Shown: piece by piece, positions 13,680 to 26,400 of the stretch | How the letters are laid out: each line of letters opens with the position of its first letter | Position numbering within the stretch: position 1 is the stretch's first letter | Made by a program: the position numbers and the translations under genes | Assembly (NCBI GenBank): GCA_965287045.1 | Contig: OZ336881.1 | Span: 45,818,001-45,882,000, forward strand | Length of the DNA stretch: 64,000 bases | Direction: 5' to 3' | DNA from: Carcharhinus amblyrhynchos | Taxonomy: Eukaryota | The notes under the pieces: model-generated | Seen by the model: only the letters and a program-made list of their open reading frames with translations | What the model was told of the DNA's origin: nothing | Databases searched by the model: none

Positions 13680-14755
13680 AGTGCCAGACCATCAAGATTG
13701 CAATGTCTCTTGATAAAGATTCAAGTTACTACTGTGAGATTATGTACAAGTCAGGTAATTTGATGGTTGCATGAAATTAAAAGATTGCCCAATCCAGAAA
13801 AAATGGAAGATATATGAAATGATCTACAAGTTGACTTCATTGACATAAAACTTGAAAATATTCTACAAATTTATCTGATACATTTTGCACAATGCAAATG
13901 TCAGCAGCTACAAGAAGAAACAATGACAAATGCTACATCACAGACATAGTGGCATAGAACTGTTGAAAGGTTGCCTGATTCAATTTAATTTGTTCACAAG
14001 CATAAGATAATTTTAGCTTATCTTAGTGAGCTAGGCATCTGCTGGGAAGTCATTTTGAAAGGCAGCCAGGTCGTAAAACTAGATTTTCTGCAACTTGATA
14101 TTCTTAAAGAACTTCATCATTCGTACATGGACAGGTCAGACGTGAAAACTTGCAAGAAAGACTATTGGCCAGGTAACCCAATGAAATTGAAATTATCACC
14201 AAGAGGAGCAAGGCATGTCAAGAGTATATGCTAAGTCAGCACAAAGAAATACTGATTTCACATGAAGTTCCTATCCATCCTTGGTCCAAATTTGCATCTG
14301 AACTCTCATGTCCATGGCACTGACTCTATTGTTGCCTACTCTACCAAGTACCCAATTATTTGAGAATTACGCAGTATATCTAGCAGATCTATGGCACAGC
14401 CTCATATTGCTATATTCAGTTTATTGATATGCCTAGGAAGCAACTTTTAAAACTGCAAGAAGAGATGACCAATGTGCCTAATTGCCAAATTTAGAGTTGG
14501 GATAACAGGTTGCTTCCACAATCCCGTCACTGCCACTATGCAGCATGGCATCACTAGAAGGGAAGTGTGTCATATGATCCAGTTTTAGTTCCACTTTTGT
14601 ATTTGGGAAAAGCATGCAACACTGCTGTGGATGTCCTAAAGTTTCGTATTTTATGTATAAATATTATTTTGTGCCCATTCTAAATATATGAACCCTCAAC
14701 CTGTTTACATAATCCCTGCTGAGTGACTGGTGCTTTTATACCATTGTAACAACAC
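13680..14755 (+). mobile_element. second, highly decayed Gypsy pol remnant with possible PPT and 3' LTR
   Basis: ACQEYMLSQHKEILISHEVPIHPWSKFASEL at about 14213-14305 (integrase Zn-finger to core linker). Purine tract agaagggaag near 14556 followed by TG. Confidence 0.55.
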
Positions 14756-14890
14756 AACTGATGTGATGCCATTGCTGTGAGCATAATATAAATTGTAATT
14801 TTTCCATTACCAGAACTGCTGTTTGAGCATATTAACATAATCTCAAAACTTATTGAGTTAATTATATTTTATATTTTCTCTAATCCATAG

Positions 14891-15064
14891 GAGACTTGTA
14901 TATTGGAGGAATTGCCAAAGACATGTACAAAACATTACCAAAGCTGGTGGCATCAAGGGAGGGATTTCAAGGCTGTTTGGCTTCAGTAGACCTGAATGGG
15001 CGACTTCCAGATCTAATTTCTGATGCATTGTACTGCAATGGGCAGATTGAGCGGGACTGTGAAG
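14891..15064 (+). CDS. NRXN1: alpha-neurexin internal exon (LNS5 C-terminal part), 174 nt, phase 1 to 1
   Basis: Acceptor ttttctctaatccatag|GA, donor GAAG|gtatcc. Encodes [58 protein letters not shown]. Confidence 0.96.
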
Positions 15065-15599
15065 GTATCCTTAACGCACTTACTCGAGAGACAAATCAAT
15101 CACCATCATTCTATAAAGATACCTGCATATTTGTAATAATTGCAGTATCTTTTGCAACATCATTTTATTTCTCAATATAGTCATGTTATGTTTAACCTTT
15201 GGAATGCTGATGCTTTTCCACAAATGCCTCTATTTACTGAATACTTTATAAGCCAAAATCAAGTTACTCAGTAGATTTAAAAGCTAAGTAACGTAGTAAT
15301 GGGTTGAATTTTGGAGGCAGGTTTGTTTTTTTATTATCTTTGTTTTCAGTATGTTGTAAAACCATATTTGCAGTGCATGTAAATAGTCATGTATTAAAAA
15401 TTACTGAGCGATATTACTTACCAATATCTTAATGCAAGTATAAGTCAATTTAAAATAAATGGGTTAATGCTTCTATAAAATAAGTGGTGAAAGGAAATTC
15501 AATATTATTGTATTAAGTCTTCACCCAATAACATTCCAAACAATTTTCAAGCTTGATGTAATGACAGAACTTTGTCATCCAAAAGTGATTATTGTGCAG

Positions 15600-15890
15600 A
15601 TATATTTTTCCTTATTCTTTCATGGGATGTGGGTGTCACTGCAAAAGCCATCATTCATTATCTAAATGTTGTTCAATTGCCTTTGAACTGAATGGCTTAC
15701 TAGACCATTCCAGAATGCAATTAAGTGTCAACCATATTGCTGTTGGCTTGGAGTCAAATTTGGGCCAAACCATATACAGCAGCAGATTTCCTTCCTTAAT
15801 GGAAATTAGTGAACCAGATAAGTTTTTAAGACAATCCATGATGGTTGTTGTGTTCCACATTACTTTGTATTCCAGATTCCACTTATAAAA
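15600..15890 (-). mobile_element. SacSINE1-like (DeuSINE) remnant
   Basis: Reverse complement resembles 36700-36975 (tctggttcactaat...aggaaatctg...gactcca...tggttgac...ccattcagttcaaag). Confidence 0.7.
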
Positions 15891-16167
15891 CTTTTCTCAA
15901 AGCAATTATTTTGGTGTTAAGTTAAGTAAAAGTGACATACTCCTCCAGCACCCTATAATAATCATGTTTTATTCTCCTATGGGGGATCTAAATTTCCTTT
16001 TGGTTTAAGTTTGGATGGGCGAGAGTGGAATTCGGGACATGGCCTGATGTTCTGTCCTCCGTCCCTTTTTGCAATTATCAATAATGCTGGATGAATTGAG
16101 CACATCATATTTGTATTTGGGTCATTTATTATGATCACAAATGAATGAGGGAGACACACAAGAAAAT

Positions 16168-17056
16168 GTGAGCGATTTTCCCATCCTGCTGTGCTGCTTT
16201 TTTAGCGCAGTGGGCCAAGAGACTAGCAGAGGTCATTTTGCAGGCACAAAAAGTGCCAGAAATTGGCGCAGTGTTGAATAAGTTATGCAGCCTCTAATTT
16301 AAATGAAATTTGAATGCAATTAGTAGGCCCTGGTCTGAAATCTCTGGGACCACTAGCCTCTTCCCATCGCCAGTATTTCACTCCAGCAGGGATTATTATC
16401 ACACCCCACTAATGGGGAGCTAGTGGTCTGACCCCTGTAGTGAAGGGGAGGCAACTGAGGCACCCCAGAGAGTTGGGCACCAGGGGGGTGCCCTGAACGT
16501 TGACTGCTTGGCAGTGCCAGCCTGTGCCCCTGGCACTGGCCAAGGGCTATAAAGTGCCAATGCCAAGGGGGCATACCTGGTGGGCAGTGCCAAGGGGGTG
16601 GGGCATAATGGGGCAGGACCTCTGCGAGGGCAATCTGTGGGGTCCTGCTGCCACTCTGCAGTCTGGATTGGTGGGGGAGGGACGATGGGTAGGTTGAGAC
16701 TGGCGGACATGTCTGGGAGACCAGTGATCATGGTGGGCATCACACTGTCGATATTGTGGGATCGCAGGGCTGGCCAACGATCAAGCTGGTCAGCGATCTG
16801 TAGGCTAATAGCCAGGGGCCACTGCACATGCACTGGTCTCAGCACTGACAGATCAGTGCACGTGCAGTGGCCCCCTCAGCGCAATACCGCTGGCCTCTCC
16901 AGCGGGGATAGGCCCCGTCCACTGATTTTTAACATGATACACGAGAGTGGACTTTGCACACACTGGAGGAGTTTTTTTTAAACTCTCGCTGAAAAACCCA
17001 ATGTAATTTACTCCAGATTTTATCAAATTCAACATTTTTTTGGCAGAATCGCCCCC
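16168..17056. mobile_element. MITE-like non-autonomous element
   Basis: Imperfect terminal inverted repeats gagcgattttccca / tggcagaatcgccc around a GC-rich non-coding interior. Confidence 0.6.
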
Positions 17057-18274
17057 AACATATTTCTCAGCATTTGCTTTAATTTATCAAAACTGGCTGT
17101 TTTTGAAAATGGGACACTTTTTTCACCATATTGGATTACAAAAATCTTGTTCATCAGGCTACAAACCGGATATATCTGGATTTACTTATTCTGTGGCAAA
17201 GTGCAACAGAAATTTCACCCTCCACCCATCCCCAATGAAGTATGTCCCAGCTGGCACTGGGGTCTGCTTGGTAATTTAACACACTCTGACCCTGAAAAGT
17301 GGTTTGGGATTCAGGGCTAAAATAACAGGCAGAGTATTCACCCACTAAATAGGACCAGAAGAAATTTGGGGAAATGTCAGTGAACCAATTATTTAGCATG
17401 CTGTTTAAATGTAAACTACAAAATATAAACAGAAATATATGAACATTGTACTATATATTAAAAATATGTCTGCATTGACGAATCTCTGCACAGAACCAGG
17501 GCAGAAGCTCTACTAATATTGTATAATTTTAAATGCATTAATTTCTATCTACAATATATCACAGTCTAAAGGTTAAACACTATTTTGATCATTGTATACA
17601 TTATTTTGTAATTTTACTGATTTACATAATGAAAATGTTATGGAATCATAAAACATTACATTTATGACTTTTGTCCATTCTTTTTGTTGATATTACTTTT
17701 CATCATCCTGTTTTTGTGTTTTCTCATTCACCCTCGTTCCTGGTATTTTGTTTTAAGATTATATTTCATGAAGTAGAATTGTTACAATGTGCATTTCTGT
17801 GTCCAGCCATCTCTGAAAAGGTACAGCCAACAAAATTCAAATTTGCACAAAGCAGTTAGACTACACACCTTATTAACCAATCTATTTAATATGTTAACAA
17901 GAGACATTTGGGTACATCAGCAGAAACAGGAATGTGTAACCACTATAATTCACAATATTTAATTTCTTTCACTTCTGATTTCCCACACATTACAGAATGA
18001 CCTCTCAAACTTTTTACATACTGACAATGAATTCCAAACACAAATGTTATGTTTATTGAGTTTGAATTCAGTTGAAAGATACTTTTTGGAATACACAGTA
18101 GTTAATTGTTTATTGGGACTGAACCAGTAATAATAATGAATGGTAAAATGGTGAGAGAATTAGCCAGTTCTGGTGAGTGAAAGTGATGATGTGGATATGC
18201 CGGCGTTGGACTGGGGTAAACACAGTAAAAAGTCTGACAACACCAGGTTTAAGTCCAACCGATTGATAGTACAC

Positions 18275-18360
18275 TCACTAGCTTTCGGGGTTAGTCCCTT
18301 CGTCAGGTGAATCCCATTCACTAGCTTTCGGGGTTAGTCCCTTTGTCAGGTGAATCCCAT
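18275..18360 (-). ncRNA. two tandem 43-nt minimal hammerhead motifs (antisense)
   Basis: Units 18275-18317 (core CTGACGA, intact) and 18318-18360 (core CTGACAA, mutated), each reading ...agggactaaccccGAAAgcTAgtga on the minus strand. Confidence 0.75.
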
Positions 18361-18399
18361 TCACCTGATGAAGGGACTAACCCTGAAAGCTAGTGAGTG
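18358..18399 (+). ncRNA. minimal type I hammerhead ribozyme motif (sense)
   Basis: cattcac-CTGATGA-aggg(actaa)ccct-GAAA-gc-TA-gtgagtg: 7-bp stem I with one G-U pair, 4-bp stem II, and palindromic AGCT in place of stem III. Confidence 0.8.
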
Positions 18400-18427
18400 T
18401 ACTATCAAATAAATCGGTTGGACTTAA

Positions 18428-18604
18428 GAAATAGGAGCAGGAGTAGGCCATCTAGCCCTTCGAGCCTGCCCCGCCATTCAATAAGATCATGGCTGATCTG
18501 TCGTGGCTCAGTTCCACATTCCCGCCCTCTCCCCATAACCCTTAATCCCCTCGCTTATCAAAAACCCATCAACCCACGTCTTAAAAATATTTAGCGAGGC
18601 AGCC
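18428..18604 (-). mobile_element. 5'-truncated young CR1 3' end inserted into the Penelope-like element, flanked by TTAA
   Basis: Near-identical to 35336-35512. TTAA at 18424-18427 and 18605-18608; the host arm resumes exactly after it. Confidence 0.9.
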
Positions 18605-20184
18605 TTAAACCTGGTGTTGTCAGACTTTTTACTGAGTGAAAGTGACTCAGGGAAATTTACTATCATACTTAATCCCAGTTCTGACATTCTTTCAGGACTT
18701 GTTTCCAATTGCAACTTCATCAATTCAAATTTATCTTTCAAATTGTGTTTATTAATTCTAGTTCTGTTTAAATATGACATTGAAGAATTAATAATAATTC
18801 AGGAAGTTTGCATACTTTAAATCAATGAGTCTCCTCATTTTTGCTGTAGATACACGCCATCTACAGCCAAGCAGGCAGTGGAAAATTCTCCCTCCTGCCA
18901 ACAGCATTATTTAACTGGCAGTTATGAGAATATACAACAGCAACTGTTGGTGCCTCACACTTTGATTTTTTTCTTGCTGTGACAGTCAATACCCTACATT
19001 TGTAGCCCCCTACACTTGAACAACTAAGCCCAGATTTTCATTCCCAGTTTGGGTGCACAAAGATGGGAGAATTTCCAGCTCTATGAACCTGACCTTTAAA
19101 AATAGCCATTCGCAATTCTGATTTCCATTCTGGGGAAGGGGTGTTAGATTAGAATTCAAACCCATTGTATCCTGAATGAGTGTGGGAATTGCAGGGTGCG
19201 GAGGCAGATGGGCGAAAAGTCTCCATTAGTGCTCCAGTATGCTGTGGAATTAACTGAAAACAAAATTAAAACAAAAATGGGCCTCACCCCCCCCCCCACC
19301 TCCTTTTGCCACAACCCCCATAGACTGTCCATGCCTCATCCATACCAACCTATGCTACTTCATACCTCCCATCCAACCCCCTTGGTCCCTTTACTCCTTT
19401 TGACAATCCATGCAACTCTACTGACACTCCAGAACCTCTTACCCTCAACATCTCCATAGCCATTGGTGTCCCTGTGAAAATTAGTGCCAACTCATGCATA
19501 CCTACACCACCAACCACTGTGTCTTTACCCCCTCCATATCCAGTCACCTAGTTTCCTTGACAGTTCTATAACAGTCTTGACATTTCTGTGCACAATTTGC
19601 AAGGGTGCTTTACCTCTCCCAAATGTGTCCCAGGACCATATCAAAGCAGTACCTTACCTCTCCAAAAGAGTACCCACCTTATCCTAACAATTCATCAACT
19701 TCAGATCAACTTTTAACTGATCTCATCTGGACACTGAGTTTCACACATCCAGGGTACCGGAGTCCAACTTCAGTGGAGATAGCTTGTAATTTCATAATCA
19801 ATTGCCTCTGTAAGCCATGTATGCATCGACCCCAGCCTAATTCCAGTTCATCCCCACAAAAATACGAAGTGCCATGCTCTGTGGCAGGACTTGAATTTCT
19901 GAGCTAGTCTGTCATTTTTGCCAAGATGGAGTGGCTCTCTATTGTAAAAATCTGGGCTCTAATTTAGAAGCTCGCTGTGGGGGTTAATGTTTCCTTAGTG
20001 TTCTATTTGTAACGCAATTAAAAATGGGCAAATAATCACATTACAAATAATGCAAGAGGAAATCTTCCCCTGCTCTATGAAGCATTGAGGTACAAACATA
20101 CACCTTACATTGTGTTTCACAGCATGTTGGGCCTCAAATTGGTTTAGCTCTTCTAAAAACAAGCAAACATATTTAATGGTTACA

Positions 20185-20490
20185 AAGAAATAGAACCAAG
20201 AAATCAGGACATTTGGCCCAACATGTCCACATTATATTTTTTCTCCACACCTGTCTCCTGTGCCATCTCATGTAGCCCCCTCAGCATATCCTTCTAGGCT
20301 TTGCTCCCTCCTGTGCTTATCTAGCCTCTCCTTGAATGCATTAGTTGCTCCCAATGGTACTAACTTCCACTTTCTAACTTCTCTCTAAGTCAAGAAATTT
20401 CTCCTGAATTCCCCATTGGATTTATTTGTGGCTAAATTATATTTATGGCCCTGAGTTCTGGTGTCACTAGCAAGAGGAACCATTCTCCCC
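20185..20490 (-). mobile_element. old CR1 3' fragment
   Basis: aaagaaatagaacc...catttggccc tail, and gaaatttctcctgaattcccc...tttatggccc typical of the reverse-complemented CR1 ORF2 end. Confidence 0.6.
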
Positions 20491-23400
20491 ACATGCTGTA
20501 AAAAGGGGTTACAGGCTCCTTGCATCCAACTGAGCTGCCCTTGACACTACACTGCTGCACTGTGGGAACATGCTGCATTGCTCCAATATTGTCCAGCCTG
20601 AGTCAGAAGGTTGGGTGAAATGGGATCAAAAAGAAATTTGGGTGAGTAGGAGGGGAGCGGCAATCCAACTCTGATTACTAGTCTATGGAAGTTCCAGTCC
20701 AATATATATTGAGACGTAATTGTGTTGTTTGACGGCATCTCCAATAGCCTTTTTTTATGCACCACTATGATGTGCAAAAGAATGGCATTATATAATGTTA
20801 CAAGTCACACCTCACAATTGCATGATGAGCATTTTAAAAATAGTGGACAAAGCAGTTTATTTTTTCCATGGAGGGGCAGGCATGTTCAGTGCTAATAGCT
20901 TTGAATAGGAGCTATTCAATGACAATAGTAGATTTCCACTTGACCTTGCCATCTATAGAGCTTACTCTGCATCCCTAATTGGATGGCGAAAGCAAAGATG
21001 ATCCTTTAATTGCCTGCCTCCAGAAAAATAGTGCAGACAGGGGACCTAGATGCTACTGAGGTTGGGACCTATAAATGGGCCTGTACCCATTTAATAGTGA
21101 TGTTGGTAAAATTTCACCTGTTCAGTCTGTTTCTCCCTTCACACCTCTTCTCTCAGATGCTCTCAGACCAGCTGAGCATTTGCAGCATTTTCCTTTCTAT
21201 TCCTTGATGTGAAAATCTGAATTTTTTTTTGTGTTCAGAGGTGAAATTTGGTAATTCTTCACAAGACATGATACAGAATATTTATTGGATAGGTTTCACC
21301 ACTGGTTATTGTCAATATCCATAAACTATTATGATCCTTCTAGATTCTCTACATCAATGGAACTAACATAAACATTGCATTCAGCATCTATGACATTAAA
21401 AGAAGTTTGAAATATATATAAAAAAAAATTTTGAAGAGTAGGCACTTGTCAGAATCAAGTTTTTTAGGGTTCCTAAAAAGCATTTATTTCCAGCACGCTC
21501 TTTTTATTTCAGATTTCTTGTATCTGCAGTATTTTACCTTTGCACATCAAGGAAACAATGAAATTAATCAAACCAAAGAAAGAAAATACTTGAATATTTC
21601 AAGACCATAAATTATTGCAGCAGCAATTTAATTTAAAGTTTGAACACAGATTAATGTGTCAACAACAACAATATCTATTTGATTTGACAAATCTCAATTG
21701 AACCTTAAAATAAGACTGCAATGGTATCTATCTTGTACCAAGTGATCAAGTCAGTCTTCAAATGGTGGTTTGATCAACTGCTGATTTTGAGACCAGAGGA
21801 AGGAAAGGACTAATCACTAGCTCATATCCCTTTGCACAAACCTGTGGTCAAAGATTTCCATTTAAAAGTTTATTACACACAACTTATTGCACATACACTT
21901 ATACATGTTTATTGTCTAGTGTATTTTATATATGTGTGAAAATATGCATGATTAGTATGTGATTTCCACAAATATAAAATAGGCGGACAAACATGCATGC
22001 ATAAATGTGGGCATACAAACATACCTGTGTGATAAACTTCTATTTGTAGTTTCATGTTCAGGTCTTCTAATTCCATGTGTAAATCTTAATGCCACTATGA
22101 AAAACAAGCAGAAGAAAAATATAATAGCATGAGGGGCAAATAAATTATAATTTATATCTACAATTGTCCTATTTCTGATTTCCTTCATATTCCTGCACCT
22201 GCCACTGACTTTGTCTCGGCCATAAACATCTGCTCGTTCTACAGATCTCCCCACTTGATTCTTGCGCCTCCAGGTTTCTGACAGGACTCAACTTATAGCT
22301 GTTGCTTATTTTCCTCCTTATTTTAAGCCCCTTCCAGGCTTCTATTCGTTACCCAGGAGATATATTTGTGCATAAATGCATGCACGTATATGCAACTGGT
22401 ATCTTTCATTTTAGTACATTCAGTTACAGGTACTAGTTCTGTTCTATAGCACTGCTCATTTGCAACAACCTTTTGTGTTCTAAAGCTACAACTGTTTTTA
22501 GAATTCATTCATGTGTCAGAATTAAATGGCTTGCCAATGTTAATTTGATGGAATGCAAAGAAAAGGATTAAAAAAAATGTTCTGAGTGTTGACTGTGCCT
22601 ACCAACAAGAATACAAATAGGTGCACTTAGCCACAAAAAGAACAAAAATGAATTGCTAAGAAGAAACCTGAAAATTGAAAATTATTGGCTGGGTGTAGAA
22701 ATGTATTCTTAATTTTGTTTCATTTTTAACATTTAAACTGAAAGATGTTCATTAACAAGTTTAGGAAAACCAGTTTTTCCAATACATGTGATCATAAGCA
22801 AATGTTGAAAGTTGTGAAATTAGAATAATCTTTGTATTAAATATACAAAACATTTAGATAGATGGTTATATTATTATCTTTCACATACCATGGCTAACTT
22901 CTTTTAAAGATGACAAGTGATGCCTGTTTTGCTTTCAAGAGAGTTGCTACTTGTACCAAATGCTTTGTCCTTCCTGTGTTCCCATGTGGTCACCTTTGGT
23001 TCATTTTCTCCTCCTGTATCTGCAGTGAGAAAGTTTATTTTCTCACTTGCTATTGGTTTGTGTGAGAATTTCTTTCCGTTGGCTGCAATTCCCATCTGAC
23101 CTACTATGATACAAATAGTTGCTGAGAGCTATGTCTTCAAACTCTATTGAGTTCAGGAAGGTTTTTTCCAGTACCAGTTTCTGCTGATTGTTATACTTCC
23201 AAGTGTCATAAATCTAAATTTTATGAAGTCTATTGAAGAAGCCGTGAAGCGTAAAGACTTCCACAGCTTGAAGTGTTGAAGGATTTACAAGGATTATCAC
23301 AACTCTTTCCATATCTAAAAGACAAGTCACATTGATATTGCAAACAGGTACTCTTCATCCAGATGGATTTCTTTTTCCTTTCTGATGCTGATGCACCTGC

Positions 23401-26400
23401 CATGTACTTCTGATATTTGTCTTTTTTAATAACTCTTTGGCTTTCAATGTTTTTCTTATTTATCTCAGTGAATGAGGTATTGAAGTGGAATCACACTTCA
23501 GTACCAAACTTTTAGCAGAAAAAGGATTTTCTTTTCATCAGCACTCAGGATGCGAAGAAGCAGTCAAAATTCTTCTTGGAAGTCTATATCAGGATGAGGA
23601 TAGACTTATTTTAGGAATAAAGAAGTCATTAGGCTGAGGCACTGCTGTGACATTAACTGGAACCTATAGAGTTGCAGATGCTTACAGCCTCCCATTTCGG
23701 TGAACAGATCAGGAAGTGAAATCTGTACTGAGAAATTGTGCAAATGGACTGTAGAATGTCCTAAATCTGCTCCACTTTATTTTCCGTTAACCCTAGTGGA
23801 TTCAGTATATGCTGCTTGAAAGGATTGAGAGGCAGATACAATAGCAACATTCAAAAGGTTTCTGGAAATTTACGTACGTGAAAATGAAAAGGCATTTGTA
23901 AAGCCACGGGGAAGGTACAGGAGAAGGATCCATTTGGATAGTCTTTGCAAGGTAGCAGCACAAACACAATTGGCTGAATGGCATTGTTCCAAGTTATATT
24001 ATCGAATTACGTATCTGACAAATTAGAAAGCTAAAACAGCAAGGCCTCAATCTTATGATATCCCCTGAACTAAACAAAGTGAGAACAGTAAAAGCGGACA
24101 AGGATCACAGAAGGGTGATCAATGGAAAAACAATAACTTCTTTCATTTCAAATATACATTTTCAGTAGTCAAGTGCATTGTGTCATGTTGTTCAGGTTTC
24201 TAGTGATTTATTTTTGATGGGGTATTCATTTTGTTTTCAGGCTGCACAGGTATTGACAAAGTTCAGAGAACATTTTAAGTATATCAGTGCATTTTGTTTC
24301 CTACCGCATCATTCTGACTTGGAACTTTATCTCAATGACGCTGAGTCAAACCTTGAAACTCCCTCCATACACCACATGGTCTACACCACTTCAAAAAAGT
24401 GCCTCACTACCACCTTTCAAGAACAATGAGGGATGAGTGACAAATTCTGGGGTGCCAGCAAGTCTCTCAGCCCAACAATGAAAACAAAAATGATAAAAGA
24501 TTTGAATATTTGAATAAGTGCTTCAGAAGAAGTTATTTAATGTTCATATTGGTCATTATCCCAGGAAGCTGTCGCTCTCAGACCCAGTAAAAATGTTGTC
24601 AGGATTCAGATGGTTTTGTAACCTGAGTAAAGTGAACTGCCTTTTGCTCTGTTTTAAGCTTCCACGATCTTAACAAAGTGCCTGTTAAAGATGCCTAAAC
24701 AGGTACAAATATTCAAGATTAAAGCTAACTTTATCCAGAGTGCTTTGTTATCAAGGTAAAGTTAATTGTCCACTATTACTCTCCTTCAGTAACTGGCTGC
24801 ACCTGATAGCAGAAAGGTACCAATTGGAATATTCTGGAAAAAAACCTTTTAAGCAGTGAGTTTCCAGGTTCTGTTGGATTGGTCTATTGGTCGCATAATT
24901 ATTTGTTTAGTAGCTTCTTGAAACGTGTTGACATTTTCTAAACAGCCACAAAACTGCAGCTGAAAGTATTCCTCAAGGTTTGAGTTAAATGGCACCAGCC
25001 ACCCTTGTTTCCTATATATCAAACTCTAACTACCTGAATTGAATTGAACAATATAATGCTCATCTGGACTGTATCATACATTTTTTTATGATGCAGGAAA
25101 ATCCTGAGTAGCAGAAGATTGACATTCTGAAGCTCACTTTGTTCTGGACCACCTTTTTTATTGTTCACAACACAATTTTTTCAATGCTGCTGAACACCGC
25201 TTGCTAACACATGAGGAAGTAGCACATTGTTTTGTTAAGGAAGCTGATTGTAGACCCGTACAATGCTTTATTACTCAAATTCAAGGCTACCCAGCCTAAG
25301 TAAATAAAGAGACTTTTTTTAAAACAAGTAGAGCATGTCATGTTCTTTAACTTGCTTAAACAAAACTGATGAAGATCACACATTGGTACTGGAGGTAAAA
25401 CCTTGTACTTAGCAACTCAATCGGTATTCAGAAAACTGTGCAGGCCTACTCAGCACAATCCTAATGTTGCCTCATCAATTAACTGACATTTCTTGCCAAG
25501 AAAGAGCTATTTATCACCAGCAAAAACATTTAATTTGAAACCTTTGAAAAAAAAATTAACTTCTGTGAATCTCTTTCCCACCATTCTGGCACCTTGATGA
25601 TACAACTGTTAGTTATGACAAGAGAAGGATAACCATTATTTCCCTGATTCTAATGTTGAGGGTATTGATGAAGAACCTTTTTCCAATTTGTTCATTATAA
25701 TGAGTAGCATCAATTTTAAACTGTATCAGAACATGCAAAACTCCGCCCTCCAATAAGACTGGGACCTAATTATATTCCTCCCATCATCTCGGGGTACTTG
25801 TTTTCAAAATTGCCTCCCTTTCTGTCTTCAAATCTACCTTCTTGAAAACTTGTATGTATTCATTGCAGTGGATAATGAATTTCCTTATGTTTTCCTTGTA
25901 TCATTTTATAAGTTTTCTAATTTTATAGGAACAGCCATTAGCTGTTAAATTATCCATTGCATAGAAGGTCTGTCTAGCTTATGATTTGCTAGTACAGTTT
26001 TCAGTATGGCTGCTCCAATATTGATCTTATCATCTGCATTTTGAAACTTCTTGAATCTTATTCATGAAAGGTTTTGGTTAATCCAAAACCAGGTTCTGCC
26101 ATTGTATGCATTTGAACAAAGTGCCATCGTATGGTCTCCCATGAAATCTACATTTGGGTCTTTAGTATAGCAGGGCTTCCAGTAACAGGTTTCAGTATTG
26201 GGAGAGAGCACTGTGCAGAAGAACAGATTTGCCTGTCCCTGCAGGGAGCAATGCCTTTGACAAGCTGAGGGGCAGAGCCAGATACTGAGAGGCGAGAGTG
26301 AAAGCAGCAAGAATGAGTCCACAGCTTGTGAGCGGCAGGAGCTTAGAGCAGATTGAAGCCCTAAGATTGGCAAAGGAGTCAGGGAGAGAATCAAAAACTG

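Larger units (their letters stand above)
18187..18632. mobile_element. palindromic non-autonomous Penelope-like element with hammerhead motifs, TSD TGAGTGAAAGTGA
   Basis: Inverted arms (cagtaaaaagtctgacaacaccaggtttaagtccaaccgatt... / ...aatcggttggacttaa|acctggtgttgtcagactttttactg). 13-bp direct repeat at 18174-18186 and 18633-18645. Confidence 0.85.

Noticed and set aside
18275-18360. CRISPR-like direct repeats
   Set aside because: Only two adjacent 43-nt units with no spacers or cas genes, in eukaryotic DNA; explained as duplicated hammerhead motifs.
18843-18867. 9-bp hairpin gctgtagat/atctacagc with a CTCF-like half
   Set aside because: Too short to distinguish from chance in 64 kb.
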